DNA of 64,000 nt. Origin: a virus (Duplodnaviria; Caudoviricetes). The stretch is from IMG/VR virus record IMGVR_UViG_3300027770_000038, positions 32,001 to 96,000 of that record. One strand, written 5' to 3'. Below the pieces are notes generated by a model, which was given only the letters and a program-made list of their open reading frames with translations, had not been told where the DNA came from and did not search any database. A program made the position numbers and the translations under genes. Positions 7,816 to 18,076 of the stretch are shown piece by piece; position 1 is the first letter of the stretch, and every line of letters begins with the position of its first letter.

Positions 7816-10713
7816 ATGAGCAAGGCTATTAACTTCCTAGATGAAATGGCGAACTTTACGTTCGTTACAAAATACGCAAAATACGATGAAAAGAAGAAGC
7901 GTAGAGAAACATGGGACGAGACTGTTACAAGAGTCGAGACCATGCACTTGAAGAAATTCAAATACCTACCAAAAGAAGACAAATATGAAATCTCAAAAGC
8001 TTTCGACTTGGTTAGAGAAAAGAAAGTCACTCCTTCAATGCGGAGTATGCAATTCGGCGGCAAGGCTGTTGAAGCGCATAATGGAAGAATTTTTAATTGT
8101 CTTTCAAAAGATACATCATTCATTACCTCTAATGGCGTAAAGAAATTTTCTGACTTTTCTGATGGAGACAAAACGATTGTTTTAACTCATAAAGGTAATT
8201 GGAAAAATGCAACTGTAAAATATTTTGGAGATGATTTTCTTTATCCAGTTACAGTTTCTAGGTGCAAGAATAAACAAACCATTTTCGCTACTAAAAACCA
8301 TCGATGGATTCTTAAAGACGGCTCCTTTGTCTCTTCTCTTGAAGAAGGACTCGCTCTAAGAGGCGCAGAAGACATCTTCTCTTCTTTTAATTATGACAGT
8401 GCTTCTCCATTGGAAAAGCTATATTGGTGCTATGGATATGTTTTTGGAGATGGCTCGATAGTAAATAGCAAAAATAATTCCTATTCAATGGTCCGACTTT
8501 GCAAGAAAGATCAGAAATATCATACTCGTTTCGAAGAGATTGGATTTAATACGTCTTTACCTTTGTCATGTAATGGAGACTTTTTTGCTTACACCGGATC
8601 TTATTTAAAGACTGCTCCAAATCCAGAGATTGATTCTCCAGAAATGATTAGAGCATTTGTTGCTGGCTATTGTGATGCAGATGCTGCTAAAAACTCAAAT
8701 TCTAATAGAAACTATAATACTGACAATAGATATTCAAGCATTCAAGCCAGCGGTGAAAAACATATTGATTTTATAAGATCATGTTTCCCAATTGCAGGAA
8801 TTTATATTGTATCTGAAGAAGATCTAAGCGGAGAAAAGACTAACTTTGGAATTAGGACTTCTCCAACAATTAGATTTAGAATTTTTAATGCTCCAAATAA
8901 TAAAGAAAATAGCAATACTCCTTTTGTTGTTTCTTCTATTGGAGAACCTGTTTTTGGAGAAACTTGGTGTTTAATTGTCGAAGATGATGAATCGTTTGTT
9001 TTCCCAAGCGGCTTGGTTACTGGCAACTGCGCTGTACGCCATATTGATTCTATTCGTTCTTTTGCTGAGTCCTTTTATACTCTTCTTTGTGGTACTGGTG
9101 TTGGATTTGGCATCACTGATAAGCTGCTCAATCGGCTCCCTGATCTCGTTAACGCTAAAGACAAGACAGGAGCGGTAATCACTTATACTGTAACTGATAA
9201 TATTGAAGGTTGGGGCGACTCTATTGAAGCTCTATTAAATTGTTATTTCAAGAATACTGCTTATTCTGGGCGCAAGATTGTTTTCGATTATAGCAAAATT
9301 CGTCCAAAGGGCGCGAAGCTCAAGACTGGCGGCGGAAAAGCTCCCGGTTACAAGGGGCTCAAGAACTGCCATTTCAAGGTTAAGCTCTTGCTTGACACTA
9401 TTATTGAAGACAGCAATCAAACTCGCCTTAAGACCGTCAATGCCTATGATATTTTAATGCATTGCGCTGACGCAGTCTTGTCAGGAGGCATTCGCCGCTC
9501 TGCTTGCAGTGTCATTTTTGATGCTCAAGACAAGGACATGATGAACGCAAAGACTGGCGACTGGTTCCTTGACAACCCCCAGAGAGCTAGGTCAAATAAT
9601 TCAGCAATTATTATTCGCGGCAAGACTTCTTATGCAGAGTTTGAAACTCTCATTAATAAGACTAAAGAGTTTGGTGAGCCGGGATTCCTATATGTTGTTG
9701 ACGAGGATCAGCTTTTAAATCCTTGTTTTGAAATCTCGTTTATTCCTATCACTAAAGATGGACGTTGTGGGTTCCAGTTCTGCAACCTTACTTCTATTAA
9801 TGGCGCTAAAGTTAAGTCTCTAGAAGATTTTAAAAACGCTTCTTGGGCAGCTTCATTGATAGGTACATTGCAAGCAGCATATACATCTTTCCCTTATCTT
9901 GGCCATACATCAGAAGAATTAACTGAACAAGAAGCCTTGCTTGGGGTTTCTATCACTGGAATGATGGATAATCCAGACATTCTTTTCAATCCAGAATATC
10001 AAAGAGAAGCTGCCAAGGTATGTGTCAATACTAATATTGAATGGGCTAAGAAGATTGGAGTCAATCAAGCCTCTAGAGTAACTTGTATTAAGCCAGAAGG
10101 AACCAACTCAATTGTATTGTCTGCTGCTTCTGGAATTCACCCTCATCACGCTCGCAAATACTTCCGCCGAATTCAAGTCAACAAGGAAGATAACGTCTAT
10201 AAGTTCTTTAAGATGTTTAACGAACACGCTTGCGAAGAGAGCGTTTGGAGCGCAAACAAGGTAGATGATGTTATTACATTTCCTATTGAAGTAGATGAGA
10301 ATGTCAAGATTAAGTCTGGACTTAATGCCATTGAACATCTAGACCTTATTAAGTTGACCCAAACTAATTGGGTAAATTGCGGGACAACCGAAGCCAACAA
10401 GAAACCATTAAATCATTCAGTTAGCTGCACAGTTATCGTTAAAGATGACGAATGGAAGACTGTTACAGAATACCTTTACAAGAATCAAGAATACTTTACT
10501 GCTGTTTCATTACTGCCTTACTCTGGAGATAAAATTTATCAACAAGCTCCAATGGAAGCCGTCATAACCCCTGAAGACGAAGAAAAGTTCAATAAGCTTC
10601 AGGCAGAATGGTCACAGGTTGATTTCACCAAACTTATTGAGGATGAAGACGAGACAAGTCATACTCAAGAAGCTTCTTGCGCTGGAGGGAAATGCGAGCC
10701 AGTTAGTTTGTAA
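7816..10713 (+). CDS. nrdJ: class II (B12-dependent) ribonucleotide reductase with intein
   Basis: PSMRSMQFGG, GGIRRSA, NPCFEI finger loop, CNLT, TCIKPEGT, C-terminal CAGGKC; no small-subunit gene nearby. Confidence 0.85.
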   Translation: MSKAINFLDEMANFTFVTKYAKYDEKKKRRETWDETVTRVETMHLKKFKYLPKEDKYEISKAFDLVREKKVTPSMRSMQFGGKAVEAHNGRIFNCLSKDTSFITSNGVKKFSDFSDGDKTIVLTHKGNWKNATVKYFGDDFLYPVTVSRCKNKQTIFATKNHRWILKDGSFVSSLEEGLALRGAEDIFSSFNYDSASPLEKLYWCYGYVFGDGSIVNSKNNSYSMVRLCKKDQKYHTRFEEIGFNTSLPLSCNGDFFAYTGSYLKTAPNPEIDSPEMIRAFVAGYCDADAAKNSNSNRNYNTDNRYSSIQASGEKHIDFIRSCFPIAGIYIVSEEDLSGEKTNFGIRTSPTIRFRIFNAPNNKENSNTPFVVSSIGEPVFGETWCLIVEDDESFVFPSGLVTGNCAVRHIDSIRSFAESFYTLLCGTGVGFGITDKLLNRLPDLVNAKDKTGAVITYTVTDNIEGWGDSIEALLNCYFKNTAYSGRKIVFDYSKIRPKGAKLKTGGGKAPGYKGLKNCHFKVKLLLDTIIEDSNQTRLKTVNAYDILMHCADAVLSGGIRRSACSVIFDAQDKDMMNAKTGDWFLDNPQRARSNNSAIIIRGKTSYAEFETLINKTKEFGEPGFLYVVDEDQLLNPCFEISFIPITKDGRCGFQFCNLTSINGAKVKSLEDFKNASWAASLIGTLQAAYTSFPYLGHTSEELTEQEALLGVSITGMMDNPDILFNPEYQREAAKVCVNTNIEWAKKIGVNQASRVTCIKPEGTNSIVLSAASGIHPHHARKYFRRIQVNKEDNVYKFFKMFNEHACEESVWSANKVDDVITFPIEVDENVKIKSGLNAIEHLDLIKLTQTNWVNCGTTEANKKPLNHSVSCTVIVKDDEWKTVTEYLYKNQEYFTAVSLLPYSGDKIYQQAPMEAVITPEDEEKFNKLQAEWSQVDFTKLIEDEDETSHTQEASCAGGKCEPVSL
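8098..9027 (+). mobile_element. intein with LAGLIDADG homing endonuclease (310 aa)
   Basis: Junctions IFN|CLSKDT and VTGN|CAV; block B TKNH; LAGLIDADG-like YGYVFGDGS and VAGYCDADA. Confidence 0.9.
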
Positions 10714-10764
10714 ACTTTTGTGTCTTTTTTATTCATATGGTGCTTCTAGCGTGTAGAGTATTAT

Positions 10765-10890
10765 ATGAACTTTACTGTTGGTTTTTCCAACGAAATTAAA
10801 GCATTAAAAAAGCAAGATGACTGCAAAAAATACAGTCAATTAAAAGACAGCGACTTTCTATTTCAGAGAGTCGCTCTTTTCTTGTCTTAA
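10765..10890 (+). CDS. small ORF (41 aa), possibly a gene remnant
   Basis: MNFTVGFSNEIKALKKQDD..., starting 8 nt after a GTGTAG motif. Confidence 0.4.
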   Translation: MNFTVGFSNEIKALKKQDDCKKYSQLKDSDFLFQRVALFLS

Positions 10891-10940
10891 CGCCTTAAAA
10901 ATGTAAAAACCGCTATTGAAACTTATATTTAATAACTAAT

Positions 10941-11225
10941 ATGACACCAGCAACAGGAGCGACTATGGATTGGCAAACTTTATTTAATATAGCATTATCT
11001 ATTCTCAGCTTCTTAGCTGCTTGGATTTTCAAAAGGAACTTCCAAATGATAGACAAACAAGAAAACAAAGTATCAGATCTTGAAAAGAAGATCTACGGCA
11101 TCGAAATAGCACTTCCTAAAGAATACGTCAATAAAGAAGACCTTAATAAATTCTCAGAGAACATTAATGCTAGATTTGATAAACTAGAAGTTAAGCTTGA
11201 TAATATCATTGAAAGAAGTAAATAA
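10941..11225 (+). CDS. membrane-anchored coiled-coil protein (holin-like)
   Basis: One N-terminal hydrophobic helix followed by a coiled coil; start may be ATG 10965. Confidence 0.55.
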   Translation: MTPATGATMDWQTLFNIALSILSFLAAWIFKRNFQMIDKQENKVSDLEKKIYGIEIALPKEYVNKEDLNKFSENINARFDKLEVKLDNIIERSK

Positions 11226-12025
11226 TGCTTTCCTTTTTAGTATTAAATTACAATCGACCTAAAGAAACTGAACTTTGTTTAAAATCAATTAAGCAATTTA
11301 CTAAGTTCAATCACGAAATAGTTTTACTAAATAATGGCGGCGAAGACCACGCTGCCATTTTTTCTTTTTTCAATCAAGGATTAATTGATAAACTCATCTT
11401 AAGGAAAAAAAATTCTGGCTGCGGGTTAGGGACAAGAGAGCTTTTTAATGACTTTAATCTTGATAATGATTATGTAGTTTATGTACAATGCGATCAGTTC
11501 ATGGTTAGAGACTTTACTATTGAAGAGTTCAATAGCTACAAACAAGCATTAGATCAAAATAAATCTGCTGCTCATGTTGACCTTTCTGGAAATCAAGGCA
11601 ATGGCAGATATTCTGAAAGAGCGCACTTAACTAGCAAAAAGTTCTATAACTCTATTCCCAATTCAAAAGGTGGCCCCGGACCTTATGCAAACGAGTTATG
11701 GACAGAAGAATCAATTCAAAATTTCTATAAAGATAATCAGTTAAAATTCTTTGTGGCTACATTGTTGTTTGCTGATAACGGCAAGGTTTCAATACGGGAA
11801 TACCCTTGCGGCGGAAGGCTCATCCAACACACAGACACAAAAGAAGTAATTATCGATTCTCCAATCAAGCAAAGGATAGATTTCCCCAATGTAAAGCTCA
11901 CAGACGGAGAGTGGGAATCTATTTTAAATGACACTTGGATTAACGGTACAATCCCAGAAGGCCATAAAAATAATTCTTTTTTATGTTGGAAAGATTCTTT
12001 GGGGATTGATATAATGAATGGATGA
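11225..12025 (+). CDS. GT2-like glycosyltransferase
   Basis: N-terminal SFLVLNYNRP, LLNNGG and NSGCG motifs. Confidence 0.7.
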   Translation: MLSFLVLNYNRPKETELCLKSIKQFTKFNHEIVLLNNGGEDHAAIFSFFNQGLIDKLILRKKNSGCGLGTRELFNDFNLDNDYVVYVQCDQFMVRDFTIEEFNSYKQALDQNKSAAHVDLSGNQGNGRYSERAHLTSKKFYNSIPNSKGGPGPYANELWTEESIQNFYKDNQLKFFVATLLFADNGKVSIREYPCGGRLIQHTDTKEVIIDSPIKQRIDFPNVKLTDGEWESILNDTWINGTIPEGHKNNSFLCWKDSLGIDIMNG

Positions 12026-12864
12026 AAGTCTACCTTTGTGGAATCACACAAAATCAAAAGAAAAATATAGATGATTTAACTAGGGACTGTTACAAGGCTT
12101 TTGATGGTTTAATTTACGTTGATGGCGGCTCCACAGATGGAACTAAAGAACTTCTAGAAGAAAGAAAAGGTTGTGGTCAAGTTATCTATCGTAAATGGAC
12201 TAATGATCATGACTTTCAGATGAATGAGTTCTTGCGCCAAGGCCCACTTAAGATTGGCGACTGGTTCGTCCTCAGAGATTCTAGAGAAAGATTTAATCCT
12301 GAATGGGTCGCAGGGATCAAAGAGCTAATTCAAAAAGCTAAACAATCAAATATCAAGTCTATCTATAACTATGGCAAAGGTTTCGCCTTTGAATACTATG
12401 ATGACATGTTCTTTCATGGCTCTCCTCATTGGGGTTTAGTTGGAGCCAGACCACAAGCCGTAGACCTATCTCAATTCTTCGACGAGAATAAAAAAGAACA
12501 TACTTGGAGACTAAGAGATGGAGAAGACGATCCCGAAAGAGACGAATCTTATTACATTGACCATTTCTTTAAATACTATTATGTATATGGCAGAAGCAAC
12601 CACCTCCTCCTAGGTAGAGAGAATAATCAAGAGGGCTTCCAAAGAGCGGAGGAAAACAGAAAACAATTTAGAATGTACTGTCATTCTATAGGTTTAGAAT
12701 TTAATACTGAATCTTTTATTAAATACGCAACTTCTGGAGGGAAATATGATTCTAGATTTATAGAGTTTATTAATTCAGAAGATATTCTTAAAGATTTTTA
12801 TAGGAATAAAATCTTAAACGAGCCAATTAAAAGCATTCAAAGCAATAGATATTTTAGAATTTAA
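12022..12864 (+). CDS. GT2-like glycosyltransferase
   Basis: YVDGGSTDGT signature, W-x-x-D-x-D-F and DSRE. Confidence 0.75.
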   Translation: MKVYLCGITQNQKKNIDDLTRDCYKAFDGLIYVDGGSTDGTKELLEERKGCGQVIYRKWTNDHDFQMNEFLRQGPLKIGDWFVLRDSRERFNPEWVAGIKELIQKAKQSNIKSIYNYGKGFAFEYYDDMFFHGSPHWGLVGARPQAVDLSQFFDENKKEHTWRLRDGEDDPERDESYYIDHFFKYYYVYGRSNHLLLGRENNQEGFQRAEENRKQFRMYCHSIGLEFNTESFIKYATSGGKYDSRFIEFINSEDILKDFYRNKILNEPIKSIQSNRYFRI

Positions 12865-13625
12865 TGAAATTTTCTTCTTATACTTCTGCGTTTAATCTCA
12901 TTAAGATGGGCTTTGATTGGCAAAATTCTATCCTGAATTATTCACAGTTCATGGATGAGGTAGTTATTGCTATAAACACTTCAGAAGATAACACATTTGA
13001 AAGCGTCAGTAAGTTTCTAGAAGAGAAAGGCATTTCTAACGTCATTCTCTGTCAATGCGCTTTCGACTACTCTGATCTGGCGTTTGATGGTAAAATTAAA
13101 AACTTTGCGCTGCAACACACTTCTGGAGATATAAAGATTTCTTGCGATATAGACGAAAGATTTCCTTTGAACCAAAAGGATTTATGGCGCACTGTAGGAG
13201 AGTATTTATTATCTCAGAATGAAGTTTCTGCATTTTTAATTCCAAGTATTAATCTATGTGGAGACATTTACCACTATAAAGACATTGGGTATAAATGGTA
13301 TATGCATAAAGATGGGCTTTATCGTGGAATTGTTAATTTCGCTAAGAGACAAGATGGTAAAATAGATACCGATAGAAGCGATACCTGTGAGCTTATAGAC
13401 GCTAATGGGAACCTTGTTCAAACTTTAAAATTTAATAATTCAATAGAAAGTCTTAGAGAAGGACAAATTCCTTATGTCTTTCATCACTGGGCTGTAGATA
13501 AAGACCAAAGGATAAAGCAAAATGAATTCTGGCAACCTGTCTGGTCTAATCGCGCAGGTAAAGAAATAAACACAAAGACAGACTTTTTAAAAATGCAAAC
13601 AAAAGAACACCAATTAAAAATATGA
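12864..13625 (+). CDS. GT2-like glycosyltransferase
   Basis: DEVVIA, SEDNT, KNFAL and DIDE motifs. Confidence 0.75.
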   Translation: MKFSSYTSAFNLIKMGFDWQNSILNYSQFMDEVVIAINTSEDNTFESVSKFLEEKGISNVILCQCAFDYSDLAFDGKIKNFALQHTSGDIKISCDIDERFPLNQKDLWRTVGEYLLSQNEVSAFLIPSINLCGDIYHYKDIGYKWYMHKDGLYRGIVNFAKRQDGKIDTDRSDTCELIDANGNLVQTLKFNNSIESLREGQIPYVFHHWAVDKDQRIKQNEFWQPVWSNRAGKEINTKTDFLKMQTKEHQLKI

Positions 13626-14260
13626 GAGACAAGTTGTTTAATAAATGCATTTCTTCAGTTCATAATGCAAATTTAAATTTATCAAAATTAAATGAGCATG
13701 TTTTAAAACAAGAAGGAATGAGCAGTCAATTTCAAAGACACTTACTAAATAATGTTTGTGATTTTGATGGTTGTAAATATTTGGAAGTTGGTTCTTATCT
13801 TGGGTCAACAATATGCTCCGCAAGCTTTAAAAATAATGGAGATTTTTATGGAGTAGAAAATTTTAGTGAATTTGTCACAGAAAATGATTTTACAGCAACC
13901 CATAGAAAAGAACACGTTAGAGAAAATTTATATAAAAACATATCTGCATTAAATCAACCAACTGTAAAAATACTAGAGAAAAACTTTTTTACTGATAAAA
14001 TAGAATTAGATAAAAAAATAAACATCTTTTCTTACGATGGAATCCATCGCGAACAAGCGCATTTTTTAAATTTAAAAATAGCAAAAGATTTTTTAGATGA
14101 ATATTTTATTTATATTGTAGACGATTGGTTTTGTAACGTGAGTTTCCCCAAAAAGAACACCTTTAACGCAATAAATAGTTTTAATTTTGAAGTTTTATTT
14201 TATTCAGAATTGCTAGACAGAACTGGAACAGGCCTTTTCTTGCTCAAAAATTATAGATAA
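13622..14260 (+). CDS. class I SAM-dependent methyltransferase (Methyltransf_24-like)
   Basis: YLEVGSYLGS, YDGIH and VDDW motifs. Confidence 0.8.
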   Translation: MRDKLFNKCISSVHNANLNLSKLNEHVLKQEGMSSQFQRHLLNNVCDFDGCKYLEVGSYLGSTICSASFKNNGDFYGVENFSEFVTENDFTATHRKEHVRENLYKNISALNQPTVKILEKNFFTDKIELDKKINIFSYDGIHREQAHFLNLKIAKDFLDEYFIYIVDDWFCNVSFPKKNTFNAINSFNFEVLFYSELLDRTGTGLFLLKNYR

Positions 14261-14357
14261 AACTAATTTAGTTGTTCAAAATGGAAGCAAATAGCACTAA
14301 GCATAAATTAAAACGTGGCATATTTGACAAATGACAAAATAAAAACGATTATAGAGT

Positions 14358-14906
14358 ATGGCTAAAAAATTATATGAAATTGGAGTCGGTCATTTAGGAG
14401 TTGCTTATGGGGCTTTATTATGGGATAATCCAGAATGGGAGGTCGTGATGTTCGAACCTCATCCTGTATATTACAAAGATATTTTAAATGCTATCATAGA
14501 TAAAAAAAATGCTACTGTTCATAACGTGGCAATTGGTGATTTTAACGGAGAAGTAGAATTTTTTGAAAAAGACACAAGCTCTTTCATTAAAGACATAAAT
14601 TCTCCAATTTTACAAACAGGACATTCTACGGAACAATCTTTGAATTCCTTTGCAGTTCAAGTAAAAAAAATATCTGAGTTTGATAATGGCGATATTGATT
14701 ATTTAAGAGTAGACACGGAAGGGGCAGAGTATTTTGTTTTAAAATATTTAAAAAGTCGGCCAGAAATAATTAATATAGAAACGCACGGAGACAACGCTCA
14801 ATATATAAATCCATATCTTTATGAAATTGAAGAGTGGATGGAAAAAAATAATTACTCTAAAACATCTATAGATAACTGCGATTCAATATATAAAAGAAAT
14901 TATTAA
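14358..14906 (+). CDS. FkbM family methyltransferase
   Basis: EIGVG, FEPHP, NVAIGD and RVDTEGAE; TTGACA-17-GATTAT promoter upstream. Confidence 0.8.
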   Translation: MAKKLYEIGVGHLGVAYGALLWDNPEWEVVMFEPHPVYYKDILNAIIDKKNATVHNVAIGDFNGEVEFFEKDTSSFIKDINSPILQTGHSTEQSLNSFAVQVKKISEFDNGDIDYLRVDTEGAEYFVLKYLKSRPEIINIETHGDNAQYINPYLYEIEEWMEKNNYSKTSIDNCDSIYKRNY

Positions 14907-14908
14907 TC

Positions 14909-15220
14909 ATGAATAAAAAAATTAATATTAACTATGAAGATATAGTTAAAAAACACATCTTGTACACCTTTATTAATCAATACAGTAATCAACTTTCGCA
15001 TTCAGATTTACTAGAACTTCTTTTTAAAATCTTTTCAAGAAAAGAAAAAGCCATTCAAAGATTAATTAAATATGTAGAAAGCGAAGTGGAATCAAAAGAA
15101 CGGCCAATAAAAAAAGTTTTAAACAACATATCAATGTTTGCTATCCTTTTCGCAAGATACATAAATAAAAATGATGAGGGCGTATGGCTAGAAGGATATT
15201 CAGAAAACAAACCATTTTAA
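14909..15220 (+). CDS. hypothetical protein
   Basis: 103-aa ORF within the operon. Confidence 0.55.
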   Translation: MNKKININYEDIVKKHILYTFINQYSNQLSHSDLLELLFKIFSRKEKAIQRLIKYVESEVESKERPIKKVLNNISMFAILFARYINKNDEGVWLEGYSENKPF

Positions 15221-15262
15221 ATATATAAGACAATACAGCGTATAAAATTTTTAATTAAAAAT

Positions 15263-15970
15263 ATGAAAATAGAATGTGTCTGCGTCTCCACCGATCATGA
15301 GGATTTTTTAGAAAATGTCATTCCTTTAAATAAAAATCATTTTGATGAATACCATATAGTAACGAAAAAAGAAGATTATAAAACTATCGATGTCGCTAAT
15401 AGACATGGAGTAAATCTTATTTTCTCAGAACTTTTCACAAAAAACAATAAAAAATTTAATAGAGGCGCTGTCTATAACGAAGTCTTTAAAAAATTAAAAC
15501 ATAACGATTGGGTCGTGCTTTTAGATTCGGATATAGTTTTACCTTCTAATTTTAGAGCTTGGTTTCAATATTTTAATGAAGAATGCTTTTTTGGAGCCAG
15601 AAGGATAGACGTACCAACAAAAAAATTATTTTTAGAAATAATTGAATCTAAAAAGGTTCCAAATGATAGCATCGTTTTCAGAGGCTATGGGTATGGATAT
15701 TTACAAATTTTTAATACACAGTCAGAAGTATTTAAATCTCTTGGAGAATCCCCCTATTCAGAATGCTACGATACCGGAGAAGGAGATTGGATTTTCAGGA
15801 ATCAATGGGGAGATCTAATATATAATCCACCTCTTAACGATAATCCTCATGCAGAAAAAAATAGTAATGATTTTGGAAGCAATCTCTTAAGAGAATGCCC
15901 TTTTCAAGTTTTGCATTTGGGTATCCCCGGTGTTAATGGCAACCAAAGACGAGTAGAAAGATTTGAATAA
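15263..15970 (+). CDS. GT-A fold glycosyltransferase
   Basis: FNRG...N, LLDSDI DxD motif, GYLQIF, C-terminal HLG. Confidence 0.7.
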   Translation: MKIECVCVSTDHEDFLENVIPLNKNHFDEYHIVTKKEDYKTIDVANRHGVNLIFSELFTKNNKKFNRGAVYNEVFKKLKHNDWVVLLDSDIVLPSNFRAWFQYFNEECFFGARRIDVPTKKLFLEIIESKKVPNDSIVFRGYGYGYLQIFNTQSEVFKSLGESPYSECYDTGEGDWIFRNQWGDLIYNPPLNDNPHAEKNSNDFGSNLLRECPFQVLHLGIPGVNGNQRRVERFE

Positions 15971-16556
15971 TATGGGGAATATAAATAAATTTAAAATACA
16001 AGATTATATACAAAAATATAATACGTTAACGTTTTTTGAAACTGGATCTGGCGAAGGAAAAGCAATAGGAGAAGCTAGGAAACACAAATTTCAACAAATT
16101 TTTTCTACCGAAATCATTGAAATGCAAGTCTTTAGGCTTAATGCTTATTTTTCAAAAGATCCAAGAGTTTGCATTTTGTGTGGAAATAGTCCTTCTATTT
16201 TAGAAAAGATACTACCTAAAATAAAGACAAATATTTTGTTTTGGTTAGATGCCCATTATCCGGGAGCAGATATAGGATTGGCAAAGCATGATGACGAAAA
16301 GAATTTAAATATAAGACTTCCATTAGAAAAAGAAATAGAAGTTATTTTTAATACAAGAAAAGATTTTAATGATGTTATTCTTTGCGATGATTTAAGGATT
16401 TACGAAAGCGGCCCCTTTCAAAGTAAAAACATGGATGAAGCCGGTTATGGACATATTAAAAAATACGGGCTTGAATTCATGGAAAAATTAAATGATAAAT
16501 ATAAAATCATAAAGCATTATCAAGATGAAGGATATTTAGAAATTATTCCTAAATGA
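15963..16556 (+). CDS. class I SAM-dependent methyltransferase-like protein
   Basis: FFETGS, FWLDAH and CDDLR motifs. Confidence 0.7.
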   Translation: MNNMGNINKFKIQDYIQKYNTLTFFETGSGEGKAIGEARKHKFQQIFSTEIIEMQVFRLNAYFSKDPRVCILCGNSPSILEKILPKIKTNILFWLDAHYPGADIGLAKHDDEKNLNIRLPLEKEIEVIFNTRKDFNDVILCDDLRIYESGPFQSKNMDEAGYGHIKKYGLEFMEKLNDKYKIIKHYQDEGYLEIIPK

Positions 16557-17377
16557 AAAAAGCAATAGGCTTTAACTTGGGGCAGAGAGGCGATTTATGT
16601 ATGAATAGTGTCGTCGCTAGGCAGCTTAAAGAGCAATTACAAGACGTACACCTAATTCTTGGAATTGCAAAAAAATACGCAGACACCGCTCCGTTGTTTT
16701 TCAACCACCCACATATAGACAGCATTCATATATATGAAGGATACGACGATTGGCCCACGCAAGAAGATAAAAAATATTTAATAAATCAAAAATTTGATTT
16801 AATTTTTCACGGCCTTCCTAATCATACAAGAGACGATTGGTGGAAATTTTTTCATCAAACAGAAGAGGTTTGCTTAATGAACGGACTTAATAAACCTAAA
16901 TCAACAAAATGTTTTTTAACAAAATGGTTTGATACAGAAAAAGGATTTAAAAACTTCATCGCTTTCGCTCCTTTCGCTGGATTTTATAATAAAAAAAACA
17001 ATGAGAAAACTCTTTCTTTTGAAAAAGCTCAAACAATAGTAAATGACATAATTTCACTTGGATATAACGTCCTTCAACTTGGCGGTCCCGACGAACCACA
17101 ACTTAAGGGCGCAGTTAAGATAAACGTTGATTATTTTTCTAATATCAAAAATATGCTTAGTTGTAAGGCGTTAATACATACAGACACTGGGTGTGGATGG
17201 ATTGCGTCAGCTTATGGATTCCCATGTGTTGGTTTGTATTCTAATCAATATTATGGAAAAGAATTCGTCAAAAATATACAGCCCACAAACGAAAACTCAA
17301 TTTATTTAGACGATATTTGCTGCAATTCTATAGATAATATAAAAGTAATACAGGCTTTAAAAAATATTTTTTTATGA
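16553..17377 (+). CDS. GT9 (heptosyltransferase-like) glycosyltransferase
   Basis: GQRGDL, NHPHID, LQLGG and TDTGCGWIASA motifs. Confidence 0.75.
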   Translation: MKKAIGFNLGQRGDLCMNSVVARQLKEQLQDVHLILGIAKKYADTAPLFFNHPHIDSIHIYEGYDDWPTQEDKKYLINQKFDLIFHGLPNHTRDDWWKFFHQTEEVCLMNGLNKPKSTKCFLTKWFDTEKGFKNFIAFAPFAGFYNKKNNEKTLSFEKAQTIVNDIISLGYNVLQLGGPDEPQLKGAVKINVDYFSNIKNMLSCKALIHTDTGCGWIASAYGFPCVGLYSNQYYGKEFVKNIQPTNENSIYLDDICCNSIDNIKVIQALKNIFL

Positions 17378-18057
17378 AAAATAGAGAATACGGAATTCGA
17401 ATGGGCGGGAACGAGTATGATTTTGAAAACCTCATTTCATCATATGTTTCTAATTTAGAAAAAAAACAACAGTTCTCCTATCTTGAAGTAGGGATCGCAG
17501 ACGCTAAAACCTTTAAATGCGTTTTTGATATCGCCAAAGAAAATAATAAAAATGAAGCTGACTTATATTTTATAGGCGTTGACATAAAACCTGCGTACAT
17601 AAGCGAAGCCAAAGTTTGGAATGCGACATATGGCGACGAATTAAACGTCATAACCATAGAAGATCCAAAAATAAATTATGATGAGTTAATTAAACAAAAT
17701 CATGCGAACTTCATAATTTGCGAGGCAAATGAATTCCTTAAGAATTTTTTAATTAGAGAAATAGATATTTGCTTTATTGATGGATGTCATGGATATGAAT
17801 GCGTAAAAAACAATTTCTTAAATGTAGAAAAGAAAATAAAAAAAGGCGGATATGTTATTTTCCATGATTCTGGATTTCTAGAACAAGGAAGCGATTATCA
17901 ACCACATTGCAATGACTGTATAAATGTTAGAAAAGCTATTAAAGAAGTAGGCCTTTTGGATAATAAATATGACGGTTGGTGCTATATCAAAGAGACTCAA
18001 GGCTCAAGGAAAATAGGACTAGACGGGAATAGTTCTTCTATATTTAGAAAATTATAA
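17374..18057 (+). CDS. class I SAM-dependent methyltransferase (Methyltransf_24-like)
   Basis: YLEVG, FIDGCHGYE and GGYVIFHD motifs. Confidence 0.8.
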   Translation: MKNREYGIRMGGNEYDFENLISSYVSNLEKKQQFSYLEVGIADAKTFKCVFDIAKENNKNEADLYFIGVDIKPAYISEAKVWNATYGDELNVITIEDPKINYDELIKQNHANFIICEANEFLKNFLIREIDICFIDGCHGYECVKNNFLNVEKKIKKGGYVIFHDSGFLEQGSDYQPHCNDCINVRKAIKEVGLLDNKYDGWCYIKETQGSRKIGLDGNSSSIFRKL

Positions 18058-18076
18058 AATACAAAACTTAAGTTAG

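Noticed and set aside
7816-10713. Class I nrdA
   Set aside because: No nrdB nearby and no C-terminal tyrosine pair; motifs fit class II
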